A stretch of DNA of 64,000 bases from a virus (Duplodnaviria; Caudoviricetes): positions 1 through 64,000 of the IMG/VR virus record IMGVR_UViG_3300029288_000008; one strand, 5' to 3'. A program made the position numbers and the translations under genes. How positions within the stretch are numbered: the first letter of the stretch is position 1; every line of letters begins with the position of its first letter. The notes below the pieces were generated by a model. The model did not search any database. It worked only from the letters and a program-made list of their open reading frames with translations, and was not told the DNA's origin. This document shows, piece by piece, positions 55,776 to 64,000 of this stretch.

Positions 55776-56018
55776 GTGGTTAGTACTCCTAACTATACCA
55801 AAGCGCAATTACTCAAACGAAGGTTGACAGTTGCCTTTCTGTTGTTGTTAAACTTACACCCGTTCAAAGCGGTATCTATGTTGTATACCGCTTTATGGTT
55901 TTATTTCAACGACGATAGAATCAAGAAAAGTCACGAAGTAGTTGTGTACGGAAACCATAAAAAATATACAACTGATGGAATTCTTATATTTGATGAAAAA
56001 GGAAAATCGGTAGAATAA
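55776..56018 (+). CDS. hypothetical protein
   Basis: GTG start; packed in the operon. Confidence 0.45.
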   Translation: MVSTPNYTKAQLLKRRLTVAFLLLLNLHPFKAVSMLYTALWFYFNDDRIKKSHEVVVYGNHKKYTTDGILIFDEKGKSVE

Positions 56019-56020
56019 AA

Positions 56021-56299
56021 ATGAATAAAGAACAACTTGAAGGATATTTATTGGCCTGTTGTGATTCGATTGATAGACTCATAGAAACAGGAAAACTAAA
56101 AGAGGATGATCTGGCCGGTAAACTTGCAGAGAATTTGAGAGAGTATATCAGACTTAACCAGCCGGCAGGTTGGCAGTGGTGGCATTATCAAACCTATCCT
56201 ATATATACAACAACATCAAGCTCAAAAATTTGTCAATACTGTGGAAAAACTATCGGTGAAAACGAATTACACTTTTGTAGCGGTTGCAACACATTATGA
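56021..56299 (+). CDS. hypothetical protein with zinc ribbon
   Basis: CQYCG...FCSGC. Confidence 0.55.
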   Translation: MNKEQLEGYLLACCDSIDRLIETGKLKEDDLAGKLAENLREYIRLNQPAGWQWWHYQTYPIYTTTSSSKICQYCGKTIGENELHFCSGCNTL

Positions 56300-57189
56300 A
56301 AGCAGTTGTAACCGGAGGCGCGGGGTTTATCGGTTCACACTTGTGTGAACAACTTATAAATGAGGGACATTCGGTTAAATGTGTTGATAATCTCCTTAGT
56401 GGAAAAGTTGACAATATCATGCATCTAATTGACAACCCGCTGTTTGAATTTAGCTATGCTGATATTAGAGACAACCTTAATTTAGCTGGTGTTGACGTTA
56501 TCTTTAACTTAGCAGCAAGTAAAAAGAACATCTGTTTAGACAACCCCAAAACAGACTTGGCTATAAACGGATGGGGAACTCTCAACTTATTACAACTTGC
56601 ACAGAAGTATGGCGTTAGAAAGTTTATTCACGCCTCTACCGGTAGTGTATACGGAAACGTTACACCACAAACTGAAACTTCACAAACTATACCAGTTAGT
56701 TACTATGGAGTTAGTAAACTAGCCGGTGAAAGTTATGTCAAGATGTTTGGTGTTGATTACTCAATCCTAAGGTATTTTCACGTTTATGGAAGCCGACAAG
56801 ATAGCACCGATAAACTAGGGGGAGTTATCGCTATTTTCATTAGAAGGATTTATCAAAACCTTCCCCTAATTGTGTATGGCGACGGCAATCAAACCCGTTG
56901 CTTTACCTACGTTAAAGATGTAGTTAAAGCAAATCTGGCAATGCTTAATAAAACAGAAAACAATCTATTTAATTGTGTGAGCAATCTACACATAACCTTA
57001 AATCAACTTATACAAATTCTTTTTGAAATTACCGGCAGAAAAGTACAAGTATTATATCGAGACTGGCAAATTGGCGATATAAAAGACTTTGCTCCAAGCA
57101 ATGATAGAATCAAAGAGTTAATTGACTTCACTCCATTTGAAACAGGATTACAGGAAACCATAGATGAAAGTCGCCGTTTATACTGCTAA
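56284..57189 (+). CDS. NAD-dependent nucleotide-sugar epimerase/dehydratase
   Basis: TGGAGFIG, ASTGSVYG, YGVSK (YxxxK), LRYFHVYG, RCFTYVKD; true start may be ATG 56296. Confidence 0.93.
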   Translation: MQHIMKAVVTGGAGFIGSHLCEQLINEGHSVKCVDNLLSGKVDNIMHLIDNPLFEFSYADIRDNLNLAGVDVIFNLAASKKNICLDNPKTDLAINGWGTLNLLQLAQKYGVRKFIHASTGSVYGNVTPQTETSQTIPVSYYGVSKLAGESYVKMFGVDYSILRYFHVYGSRQDSTDKLGGVIAIFIRRIYQNLPLIVYGDGNQTRCFTYVKDVVKANLAMLNKTENNLFNCVSNLHITLNQLIQILFEITGRKVQVLYRDWQIGDIKDFAPSNDRIKELIDFTPFETGLQETIDESRRLYC

Positions 57190-57805
57190 TTTTGGAGAAA
57201 GTGAAGTATATACACCCGTAGCTATAGAGATGGGTGTAGATTACTTCTATTTTACAGATAGGCCAGTATCGTTAGAGCACTGGATTGTCAAAACGGTTGA
57301 AAGACGTTTTGACAATCCCAGATTGGAATCACGGTATTATTTTGATAACTCAACAACTGTACTCCCAGATTATGATATAACCATAATGCACGGCGCTAAT
57401 GCGCAGTTGTTAATCAGTCCGCTGAGCCTTATAGATATGTTTATCAAATCAGACATAGCTGCATTTAACCATCCCCACAGAAATTGTATCTATAAGGAAG
57501 CCGAGGTTTGCAAAGGAGTTGGGAAAGATTCTGCCGATAAAATAGACAAACAAATCAAACGGTATAAAGCAGCGGCCTTTCCATCTAACTATGGACTACA
57601 CGCCTGTGGTTTAATTATTAGAAAAAACACAGAATCAGTACAAAACTTTGAATCATTATGGTGGCAAGAAGTATTGAACGGTTCATACCGTGACCAGCTA
57701 TCATTCGATTACATACGATGGAAAACTGGTATTTCAATTTCAGAAATACCGGGAAACATTTTTTCCAGTCCATACATTAGAATAAATTTACACAACAGGA
57801 AATGA
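57164..57805 (+). CDS. DUF616/TOD1-MUCI70-like glycosyltransferase-like protein
   Basis: VYTANFG, YFTD, HPHRNCIYKEA, WW......RDQLSF. Confidence 0.8.
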   Translation: MKVAVYTANFGESEVYTPVAIEMGVDYFYFTDRPVSLEHWIVKTVERRFDNPRLESRYYFDNSTTVLPDYDITIMHGANAQLLISPLSLIDMFIKSDIAAFNHPHRNCIYKEAEVCKGVGKDSADKIDKQIKRYKAAAFPSNYGLHACGLIIRKNTESVQNFESLWWQEVLNGSYRDQLSFDYIRWKTGISISEIPGNIFSSPYIRINLHNRK

Positions 57806-58344
57806 TTATGACAAGACCTTATTATTTAGATGTACCCGGTGCAGCATTAACCAAGAATGAACGGGAATTGATTGTAAAGCTATCTTCTGAATTTGAAGGA
57901 ACTCCATTATTTTTTGGAATTGGGGTAATGTGGGGAGGTTCTTTTCACTGTATGAGAGCCGGTAATCCTAATGCTGAAATCTATGGATTAGATATAGATT
58001 ACTACACTTACCGTATTCATAGAGAAGACTTGATTAAAGCCATATTCTTAAAGGGGAATAGCACAACTTACCAATTCGACAAACCGATAGATTTTTTATT
58101 TGTGGACGGCGCGCATGATTATAATACAGTAAAAGCTGATATAGCCAACTGGAAAGATCGGGTTAAAGTTGATGGCATTATTGCTTTTCACGATTTCAAA
58201 CCAAAACAAGTTGACGTTGACCTTTTCCCATCTATTGTTGGTGTAAATAAAGCGGTTATGGAATCAGAACTAACACAAGTTGGAAAAAGATTTATACAAA
58301 TAGAACAAGTAGATTCAATTATAGCATTTAGGAGAATAGAATAA
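57802..58344 (+). CDS. class I SAM methyltransferase (Methyltransf_24-like)
   Basis: GIGV..GGS, LFVDGAHDY, G.IAFHD. Confidence 0.85.
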   Translation: MIMTRPYYLDVPGAALTKNERELIVKLSSEFEGTPLFFGIGVMWGGSFHCMRAGNPNAEIYGLDIDYYTYRIHREDLIKAIFLKGNSTTYQFDKPIDFLFVDGAHDYNTVKADIANWKDRVKVDGIIAFHDFKPKQVDVDLFPSIVGVNKAVMESELTQVGKRFIQIEQVDSIIAFRRIE

Positions 58345-58913
58345 TGCCAACTGATGATGAAATTTATGGACGTTCTGCACTAAAAAACGGTGAACCCTGG
58401 ATAACACCAGAGAGTCTTAAACATTTAAGAACAATTATAAAACCACATTGGAACGTGTTTGAATGGGGCAGCGGCGGAAGTACTGCGTTTTGGTCAAGAA
58501 ACTGTAAATCAGTTATCAGTATTGAACACAATTCAGAGTGGATACAACGGACAACCGACATTGTGAATCGGTTAAACTGTCCGCATAACTATACAATCAT
58601 TTATGTAAAAGGTGACGGAACAACCGATCATACTAAAGCCTTTAGGGAATACGCTAATGCGATTCTTGAATATCCCGATAATAGTTTTGACTTGGTATTT
58701 ATAGACGGCGAGGCATCAAGCAGAGGGTGGTGTATAACCAATGCTTTGCCAAAACTAAAGAGCGGCGGTTGTCTGTTAGTTGACAACTCCAACTGGTTAA
58801 AAGAATCTCCATCGAATACAACCAATAGATTAGACTTCATTGAAAAAGGATTAAAATGGGTTGGTCAACCAGGAACTTTTGACTGGCATACATCCATCTT
58901 TACGAAAGAATAA
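58344..58913 (+). CDS. class I SAM methyltransferase
   Basis: VFEWGSGGST, SIEH...W, FDLVFIDG, GG.LLVDN. Confidence 0.85.
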   Translation: MPTDDEIYGRSALKNGEPWITPESLKHLRTIIKPHWNVFEWGSGGSTAFWSRNCKSVISIEHNSEWIQRTTDIVNRLNCPHNYTIIYVKGDGTTDHTKAFREYANAILEYPDNSFDLVFIDGEASSRGWCITNALPKLKSGGCLLVDNSNWLKESPSNTTNRLDFIEKGLKWVGQPGTFDWHTSIFTKE

Positions 58914-58920
58914 TTGTATA

Positions 58921-59583
58921 ATGATAACTTGCGTTATAGTCAACTTCAAAACAAAAAATTTAACTGAAAAATGTATAGAAACCTTCAGAAAATTTTATAG
59001 TCATCCGATCATCCTTATTGACAATAATTCTGCTGACGATTCTACCGAATTTTGCAAAAACGCCTTTACAAAATATAATGACATTACACTGTTGTTAAAC
59101 AACAAAAATATAGGACATGGGCCAGCTATGCATCAAGCAATTTTGCTTGCAACCACTCCGTATATTTTCACATTAGATAGCGACACAGAAACATTACAAG
59201 GAACGTTCTTAGAATCAATGTTGCTTGAATTCGACAAACAAGAAAATTTGTATGCAATCGGTTGGCGGCGTTATGTAAATTGTGATGGTGTATCTGGCGA
59301 CGAAAAGCAAAACAAAAATCTAACCCCTTACATCCATCCGTATGCAATGCTAATTGACCGCGCAAAATACCTAACTTTACCAAAATTTGAAGATCACGGC
59401 GCACCTTGTCGAAGCAATATGTATGCAGCTTTTAAAGCAAATTATACATTAAGTGATTTTAATTTGAAGCCGTACATAAAACATTGCATAGCAGGAACGC
59501 GCAGAATGTACAATGGTTATTGGCATCCTAAAGAAACCGATAAACCGTCAGAATGGAAAGAAAAGGCGACTTATCCAATTTAG
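58921..59583 (+). CDS. glycosyltransferase family 2
   Basis: CVIVNF, LIDNNS.D, NIGHG.A, LDSD. Confidence 0.85.
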   Translation: MITCVIVNFKTKNLTEKCIETFRKFYSHPIILIDNNSADDSTEFCKNAFTKYNDITLLLNNKNIGHGPAMHQAILLATTPYIFTLDSDTETLQGTFLESMLLEFDKQENLYAIGWRRYVNCDGVSGDEKQNKNLTPYIHPYAMLIDRAKYLTLPKFEDHGAPCRSNMYAAFKANYTLSDFNLKPYIKHCIAGTRRMYNGYWHPKETDKPSEWKEKATYPI

Positions 59584-59670
59584 AGAGCTTCCTACTGCAT
59601 TTTTCGATTGTTTTTGAAAAGTGGGTAATAACACTTAAAAACAACACGAAAACACTATACATTTTCCTAA

Positions 59671-59845
59671 AATTCCCCACAAAAACTCTATAAAGTGGGG
59701 AATTTTTCTTTGTGCAAAATAACTTTCATCAAACTGCGCCATCTGTTTATCTTAGTGCAAATGGGGAATATACCCTAGAGTTGCCCATAATTTATAGGTC
59801 AAAGTGGTGATTGCAAGGCGCATAATCGGTATAAAGTGGGGAATT
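59671..59845. repeat. AAAGTGGGGAAT motif cluster
   Basis: AATTCCCCAC 59671, AAAGTGGGGAATT 59692 and 59833, ATGGGGAAT 59761. Confidence 0.55.
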
Positions 59846-60048
59846 TGTCCACAATTTAATATTGCAACGATAGCAATTTACACAATGAGTATTACGCAGT
59901 CAAAAACAGCCAATGTTAAAGAGCATTTAGGCGTGAAATATACATAACACAAATACACCCGTGTATTTATACCTTGAAATCGCCCTGAATTGACACAAAT
60001 AGAATGTGTGGTATAATTGCAGCATTTAGAAAAGGAGTTATATAAATT

Positions 60049-60336
60049 ATGTTGAGAGTATGCACACGATGTAATCAAGAAAATGACCATGATGGAAGTT
60101 ATTGCCAATTTTGTGGCAACAGTATACTACTATCTGCAATTGATAATGACGATAGCATTATTTATTGGGTACAAACTCCATACGAACTTGGAGAATTTTT
60201 GGATGTTTATAAAGACAAAACAAAGTTGAGTTATCAACAATTATATGTGTTGTACAACAACCTTCGCGGAATTAAAATTAGAGCAACAATTATCGGTAAT
60301 AACTCATTAAAATTTGAGATTGTAGATAATGAATAA
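60049..60336 (+). CDS. hypothetical zinc-ribbon protein
   Basis: CTRC...CQFC; RBS AAGGAG; promoter TTGACA...TGTGGTATAAT. Confidence 0.6.
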   Translation: MLRVCTRCNQENDHDGSYCQFCGNSILLSAIDNDDSIIYWVQTPYELGEFLDVYKDKTKLSYQQLYVLYNNLRGIKIRATIIGNNSLKFEIVDNE

Positions 60337-60520
60337 CGCCATTTCGTTAGATGACATTAAAAGTAATAACGTGAATTATTGTCTGTACTGTGGACGGTTC
60401 ATCTATCCGAGTATTGATTCAGGATGGGAAGGATTTACCGCCGATGGTGTAACTACACAGAAGATTTGTGTGTTTTGTAATCTTGAAAGAAATCACGAAA
60501 TAATTGAGAAGGCACAATGA
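60329..60520 (+). CDS. hypothetical zinc-binding protein
   Basis: CLYC...CVFC. Confidence 0.55.
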   Translation: MNNAISLDDIKSNNVNYCLYCGRFIYPSIDSGWEGFTADGVTTQKICVFCNLERNHEIIEKAQ

Positions 60521-60735
60521 ACGAAAAACAAGAAACAGTAAACCACCCATCCCATTACAATCAAGTTCCGGGGATAGAGTGTATTGACGTTGTAAAGCAC
60601 TTTGACTTCATTATAGGAAGCTGCATAAAATATTTATGGCGTGCTGGACACAAATTCAACACAACAAAACTTGAAGATTTGAAAAAAGCCAAGTGGTATA
60701 TTGAATATGCTATCGCGCAAGAAGAAAAGCAATGA
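60517..60735 (+). CDS. DUF3310 (SaV-like) protein
   Basis: VNHPSHY...IECID...KYLWRAG.K...EDLKKA.WY. Confidence 0.88.
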   Translation: MNEKQETVNHPSHYNQVPGIECIDVVKHFDFIIGSCIKYLWRAGHKFNTTKLEDLKKAKWYIEYAIAQEEKQ

Positions 60736-60850
60736 ATGATGTATGGCTTGTCGCTTTTGAACTTGGTGTAATTGTGTACAGTTTAGCGCTAATGCGCTCT
60801 GTATTGAAAGACATAAACCAAACATTAAAACAGATACGGAACAAAATGCA

Positions 60851-61102
60851 ATGAAAAGAAGAATCGGTAAGTACATAATCAATACTGACCTGATAACGCA
60901 TATTTATAAAGAAGATGAAAGTATACATTATAGTACAAACTCATCGCAAACCACTTGGGTTACTACAAGAGACTTAAACGAACCAGAAACAATATTCATT
61001 TGCTTTGGAGAGTGCTTTTTGAGATTTTACAAAGGATATGATGACGGATACAACGAAGCCTTAGCCTTATACAACGAGTTTGACAATGAAACAAAATTAT
61101 AG
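60851..61102 (+). CDS. hypothetical protein
   Basis: Packed in the operon. Confidence 0.55.
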   Translation: MKRRIGKYIINTDLITHIYKEDESIHYSTNSSQTTWVTTRDLNEPETIFICFGECFLRFYKGYDDGYNEALALYNEFDNETKL

Positions 61103-61301
61103 ACTTTTCAACAGTTGTTTAACCTGCAAGTACTGTTTTCAAGAATTGGAATTTGTCTGTACATTTTATGAAAAGATGCCTTGCGAAAAAGTACCCAACA
61201 TTCTTACAGACATAGCAATCATTGAAAAATATTTGATGTGGGAAAACTCAAACAAAGTACAGTGCAATGGAATTTGTGATAACTATGAACATAGAAATTA
61301 A
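61080..61301 (+). CDS. Cys-rich hypothetical protein
   Basis: SCLTCKYC...C...GICD. Confidence 0.5.
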   Translation: MTMKQNYRLFNSCLTCKYCFQELEFVCTFYEKMPCEKVPNILTDIAIIEKYLMWENSNKVQCNGICDNYEHRN

Positions 61302-61521
61302 AGCTAATAAGATAATTTTTGATAACGATATTGAAATGAGTTATGATACACTATTAAACTCTATCCGGTATACATCCAATTGGCTTGCAACCCTCATAGA
61401 AGCTAAACAAGCATTTGATAAGACGGGAGTAACAGAACAACAGGTAGAGTTTATAGAATGCGCTTGTTCTAAAGATCGTGGGTGTATCAACAACGTTCTA
61501 AGGATGTTGGGACAATTATGA
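61267..61521 (+). CDS. hypothetical protein
   Basis: Packed in the operon. Confidence 0.5.
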   Translation: MEFVITMNIEIKANKIIFDNDIEMSYDTLLNSIRYTSNWLATLIEAKQAFDKTGVTEQQVEFIECACSKDRGCINNVLRMLGQL

Positions 61522-61751
61522 AAGATATGTATTCAAACAAATTAACTAGGTTTATTGGACACACATTCTATATGCTTGGAGCTTATTCAGGCGATTATAA
61601 CGAAACACCTTCTCAGGTTTTTGATAATATAAAGAAATACGGCATATTTTCACCGATTAGAAGTTATTATTATAATAGTGGCATACACTATTGGCTTAAT
61701 GGTGAAGATTCTTTTATGAATGTCATCAAAAGGATTTTCTCAACAAAATGA
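61518..61751 (+). CDS. hypothetical protein
   Basis: ATGA coupling at both ends. Confidence 0.5.
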   Translation: MKDMYSNKLTRFIGHTFYMLGAYSGDYNETPSQVFDNIKKYGIFSPIRSYYYNSGIHYWLNGEDSFMNVIKRIFSTK

Positions 61752-62617
61752 AACTTTTAATGCTTCCAAAATTATCAGACGTTGGAACTAATAACGGTAT
61801 AGGCCAGGTCATTCTCAATTATTGGAACTGGCTTCCAAAAGTCGGCATTGAACTAACCGATAATCCAGACGACAGTTATGATATATCCTCTAGCCATTTA
61901 GGCAAAATCGCTAATGCTGATTTGTGCTTTCTTCACGGTTTTTGGTTTGGTAAAGTTAGTAACCTAATGTCAGAACAAAATGCGCTCATTATAGAATCAA
62001 TTCGCAATGCTAAGGCGGTTATAGTACCTAGTGAGTATGTTGCCGAAACAGTGCGGAGAGATTTTAGAATCAATCCTTATATCATCGGTCACGGGGTCAA
62101 TATGTCAGAGTGGAAAGGCGCAAAACCGAAAGGCTATGTGCTATGGAATAAAAACCGCCCGTCCGATGTATGCAACCCTGAACCGGTTTATGAGTTGGCA
62201 AAACGCCATCCTAAAGTTAAATTCGTTACCACCTTCTATCCGATGGACAGAACACCTATTCCTGATAATGTACAGATAGTTGGAAAGGTATCCTTCGATC
62301 AAATGAAACAGCTTATCAAAGGCGCTTCTATCTATCTCTCAACCGCTAAGGAAACCTTCAATATCAGCGCCTTAGAGAACTTAGCCTGTGGCACTCCGAT
62401 TCTAGGATGGAATTGGGGAGGGACAGCCGATATAGTATGGAATAAAAAAGACGGTTATCTAGTTAATGTTGGCGACTATGACGCACTTTCAGACGGTTTA
62501 GAATGGTTACTAGAGAATAGACAACAACTAACAGCGGCTTGCAAAAACAAAGCAATGATGTATAATTGGCTTGACGTTGCAAAGAAAATTAGAGAGGTGT
62601 GTTATAATGTCTATTAA
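61748..62617 (+). CDS. glycosyltransferase family 4 (GT-B)
   Basis: IVPSEY, IGHGV, ETFNISALENLACGTPIL..WGG..D. Confidence 0.88.
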   Translation: MKLLMLPKLSDVGTNNGIGQVILNYWNWLPKVGIELTDNPDDSYDISSSHLGKIANADLCFLHGFWFGKVSNLMSEQNALIIESIRNAKAVIVPSEYVAETVRRDFRINPYIIGHGVNMSEWKGAKPKGYVLWNKNRPSDVCNPEPVYELAKRHPKVKFVTTFYPMDRTPIPDNVQIVGKVSFDQMKQLIKGASIYLSTAKETFNISALENLACGTPILGWNWGGTADIVWNKKDGYLVNVGDYDALSDGLEWLLENRQQLTAACKNKAMMYNWLDVAKKIREVCYNVY

Positions 62618-62930
62618 CGTAAAAGAAGCCCGCGAACTAGTCGCAAGATGTATTGAAACTTTAGATGATAACAAAACGGTAGAGGATGGGGATGTTGATA
62701 CCCTCTGCGCCATTATCAATCAAATGTGTGAACACATTGAAAATACTAAAGAGCATAAATTGCTTACAACAGAAGAACAAACCATTATCGAAATGTTAAC
62801 CGATGTGTGGAACTTATTTTTAGAACTTCCAGAGTTACACAGAAGTGATACAGTAGAATTTATGCAAGGTATTCACCTTTTACAGAACATCATTCTGGCT
62901 AGGATTCATTTAAGATATGGCAAAAGTTGA
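62607..62930 (+). CDS. hypothetical protein
   Basis: H.SD..EF..GIHLLQ.I..AR pattern. Confidence 0.55.
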   Translation: MSINVKEARELVARCIETLDDNKTVEDGDVDTLCAIINQMCEHIENTKEHKLLTTEEQTIIEMLTDVWNLFLELPELHRSDTVEFMQGIHLLQNIILARIHLRYGKS

Positions 62931-64000
62931 CATAATTATAACCTGCTATAATAAGGAAGCGACTATCGCTAGAGCGATAGAATCAGTCAAACGGCAAACG
63001 TTGACAGACTTCTTTTGTATCGTTGTGGATGATGGTAGCACTGATAATTCTTGGTCAGTTATCAACAAAGAGATAAATAAAGACAAGAGGTTTATTGCCA
63101 TCCAACTAAAAAACTGTGGTGTTGCTAATGCTAGAAACGTTGGAATTGGTTACGGCAATTCACCGTATATTACCTGTTTAGATGGGGATGATGGCCTTAT
63201 TGACAGATTTTTACAAACCTGTTACGACGCAATTAAAACCGATAGAAGTTTAGGAGTTGTCTATACAGAAGTATTACTAAACCATCCCGATGATAACTTT
63301 ACCATAGCCGATTGGACAAAACCAGATCATAATGCACAGTTTGAAGGAAAAAATCAAGTTCCCTGTTGCAATATGTTCAGACGTGACTTGTTTGATAGAG
63401 TGGGCGGGTATCGGCAACGTTACAGTCCAAAAGGAGCAGGTGCAGAAGATGCAGAATTATGGTTACGATTTTTCAAACTAGGATACAAAGCGAAAAAGGT
63501 AACAGAAGAACCGTTATTTATCTACAACGCTTTCGGCGGTTTAACTCAGGATGGAAACTATACCGAGGTCAACTGGATTAACTGGCATACTACAAAACCA
63601 TCCCCATCATTACAAAATCCTGAAAACGGTATTGTTCACATCGTCAATGAATACGACAGACCTGAAATCAGCGTTATCATACCGGTTATAGAAAAACACT
63701 TACACTATCTACAAGATGCCTTAGATTCATTAGAAGCGCAAACCTTTACCAACTGGGAATGTATTGTAGTTTTCGACATTGAAGATTCTATCATCAAAAC
63801 CATCAAAGAACTTGAATACTATGAGAAAGCCTATCCCTATGTAAAATTTTTGTACACATCTGGGGGATTAGGTGCAGGTTGTGCAAGAAATGCTGGTGTT
63901 GAATATTCAATAGGTGAGTACCTAGTATTTTTAGATGCAGATGATTATTTACAACCTAGATTTTTAGGATTATGTCTGTCTGCTCTCAAACACTTCAATG
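62917..64000 (+). CDS. double-domain glycosyltransferase family 2 (partial, runs off the window; not in the ORF track)
   Basis: Hand translation: MAKVDIIITCYN...VVDDGSTD...LDGDD...ED, then second domain ISVIIPV...ARNAG...FLDADD; no stop before the edge. Confidence 0.9.
   Translation, partial: MAKVDIIITCYNKEATIARAIESVKRQTLTDFFCIVVDDGSTDNSWSVINKEINKDKRFIAIQLKNCGVANARNVGIGYGNSPYITCLDGDDGLIDRFLQTCYDAIKTDRSLGVVYTEVLLNHPDDNFTIADWTKPDHNAQFEGKNQVPCCNMFRRDLFDRVGGYRQRYSPKGAGAEDAELWLRFFKLGYKAKKVTEEPLFIYNAFGGLTQDGNYTEVNWINWHTTKPSPSLQNPENGIVHIVNEYDRPEISVIIPVIEKHLHYLQDALDSLEAQTFTNWECIVVFDIEDSIIKTIKELEYYEKAYPYVKFLYTSGGLGAGCARNAGVEYSIGEYLVFLDADDYLQPRFLGLCLSALKHFN

Noticed and set aside
1-64000. Stop-codon reassignment or prophage boundaries
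   Set aside because: Long conserved genes are intact in code 11 and TAA, TAG and TGA all end genes; no integrase, att site or host housekeeping block is visible

Overview
64 kb of an AT-rich tailed dsDNA phage genome (GC about 35-40% from sampled lines; about 55-65% in the first 545 bp). No integrase, CRISPR array or reverse transcriptase is visible. Virion and lysis genes (terS/terL, portal fused to a MuF-like domain, protease/scaffold, major capsid, holin, C39 peptidase) are scattered in separate + strand blocks. Between them lie minus-strand operons for replication, recombination and nucleotide metabolism (dnaN, SNF2-MTase fusion, thyX, dcd, UvrD-like helicase, AAA ATPase, ERCC4-like nuclease), plus a D5-like helicase, an intein-containing nrdD and a large glycosyltransferase/methyltransferase cluster. 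The standout is an RNA repair/decoy module: CCA enzyme (with HD domain), RlaP-type nucleotidyltransferase, DRB0094-family RNA ligase, four tandem Y-RNA-like genes, tRNA-Pro and a Ro60/TROVE gene. Two of the Y RNAs keep different tRNA anticodon loops. A separate tRNA operon carries one tRNA with a 12-nt anticodon loop and two unassigned structured RNAs. A previously unrecognised family of 7 dispersed promoter-hairpin-terminator small-RNA units is also present. A Chloroflexota (Anaerolineae-like) anaerobic host is inferred from remembered protein architectures only. All family assignments are by motif recognition by eye; no database search was run.
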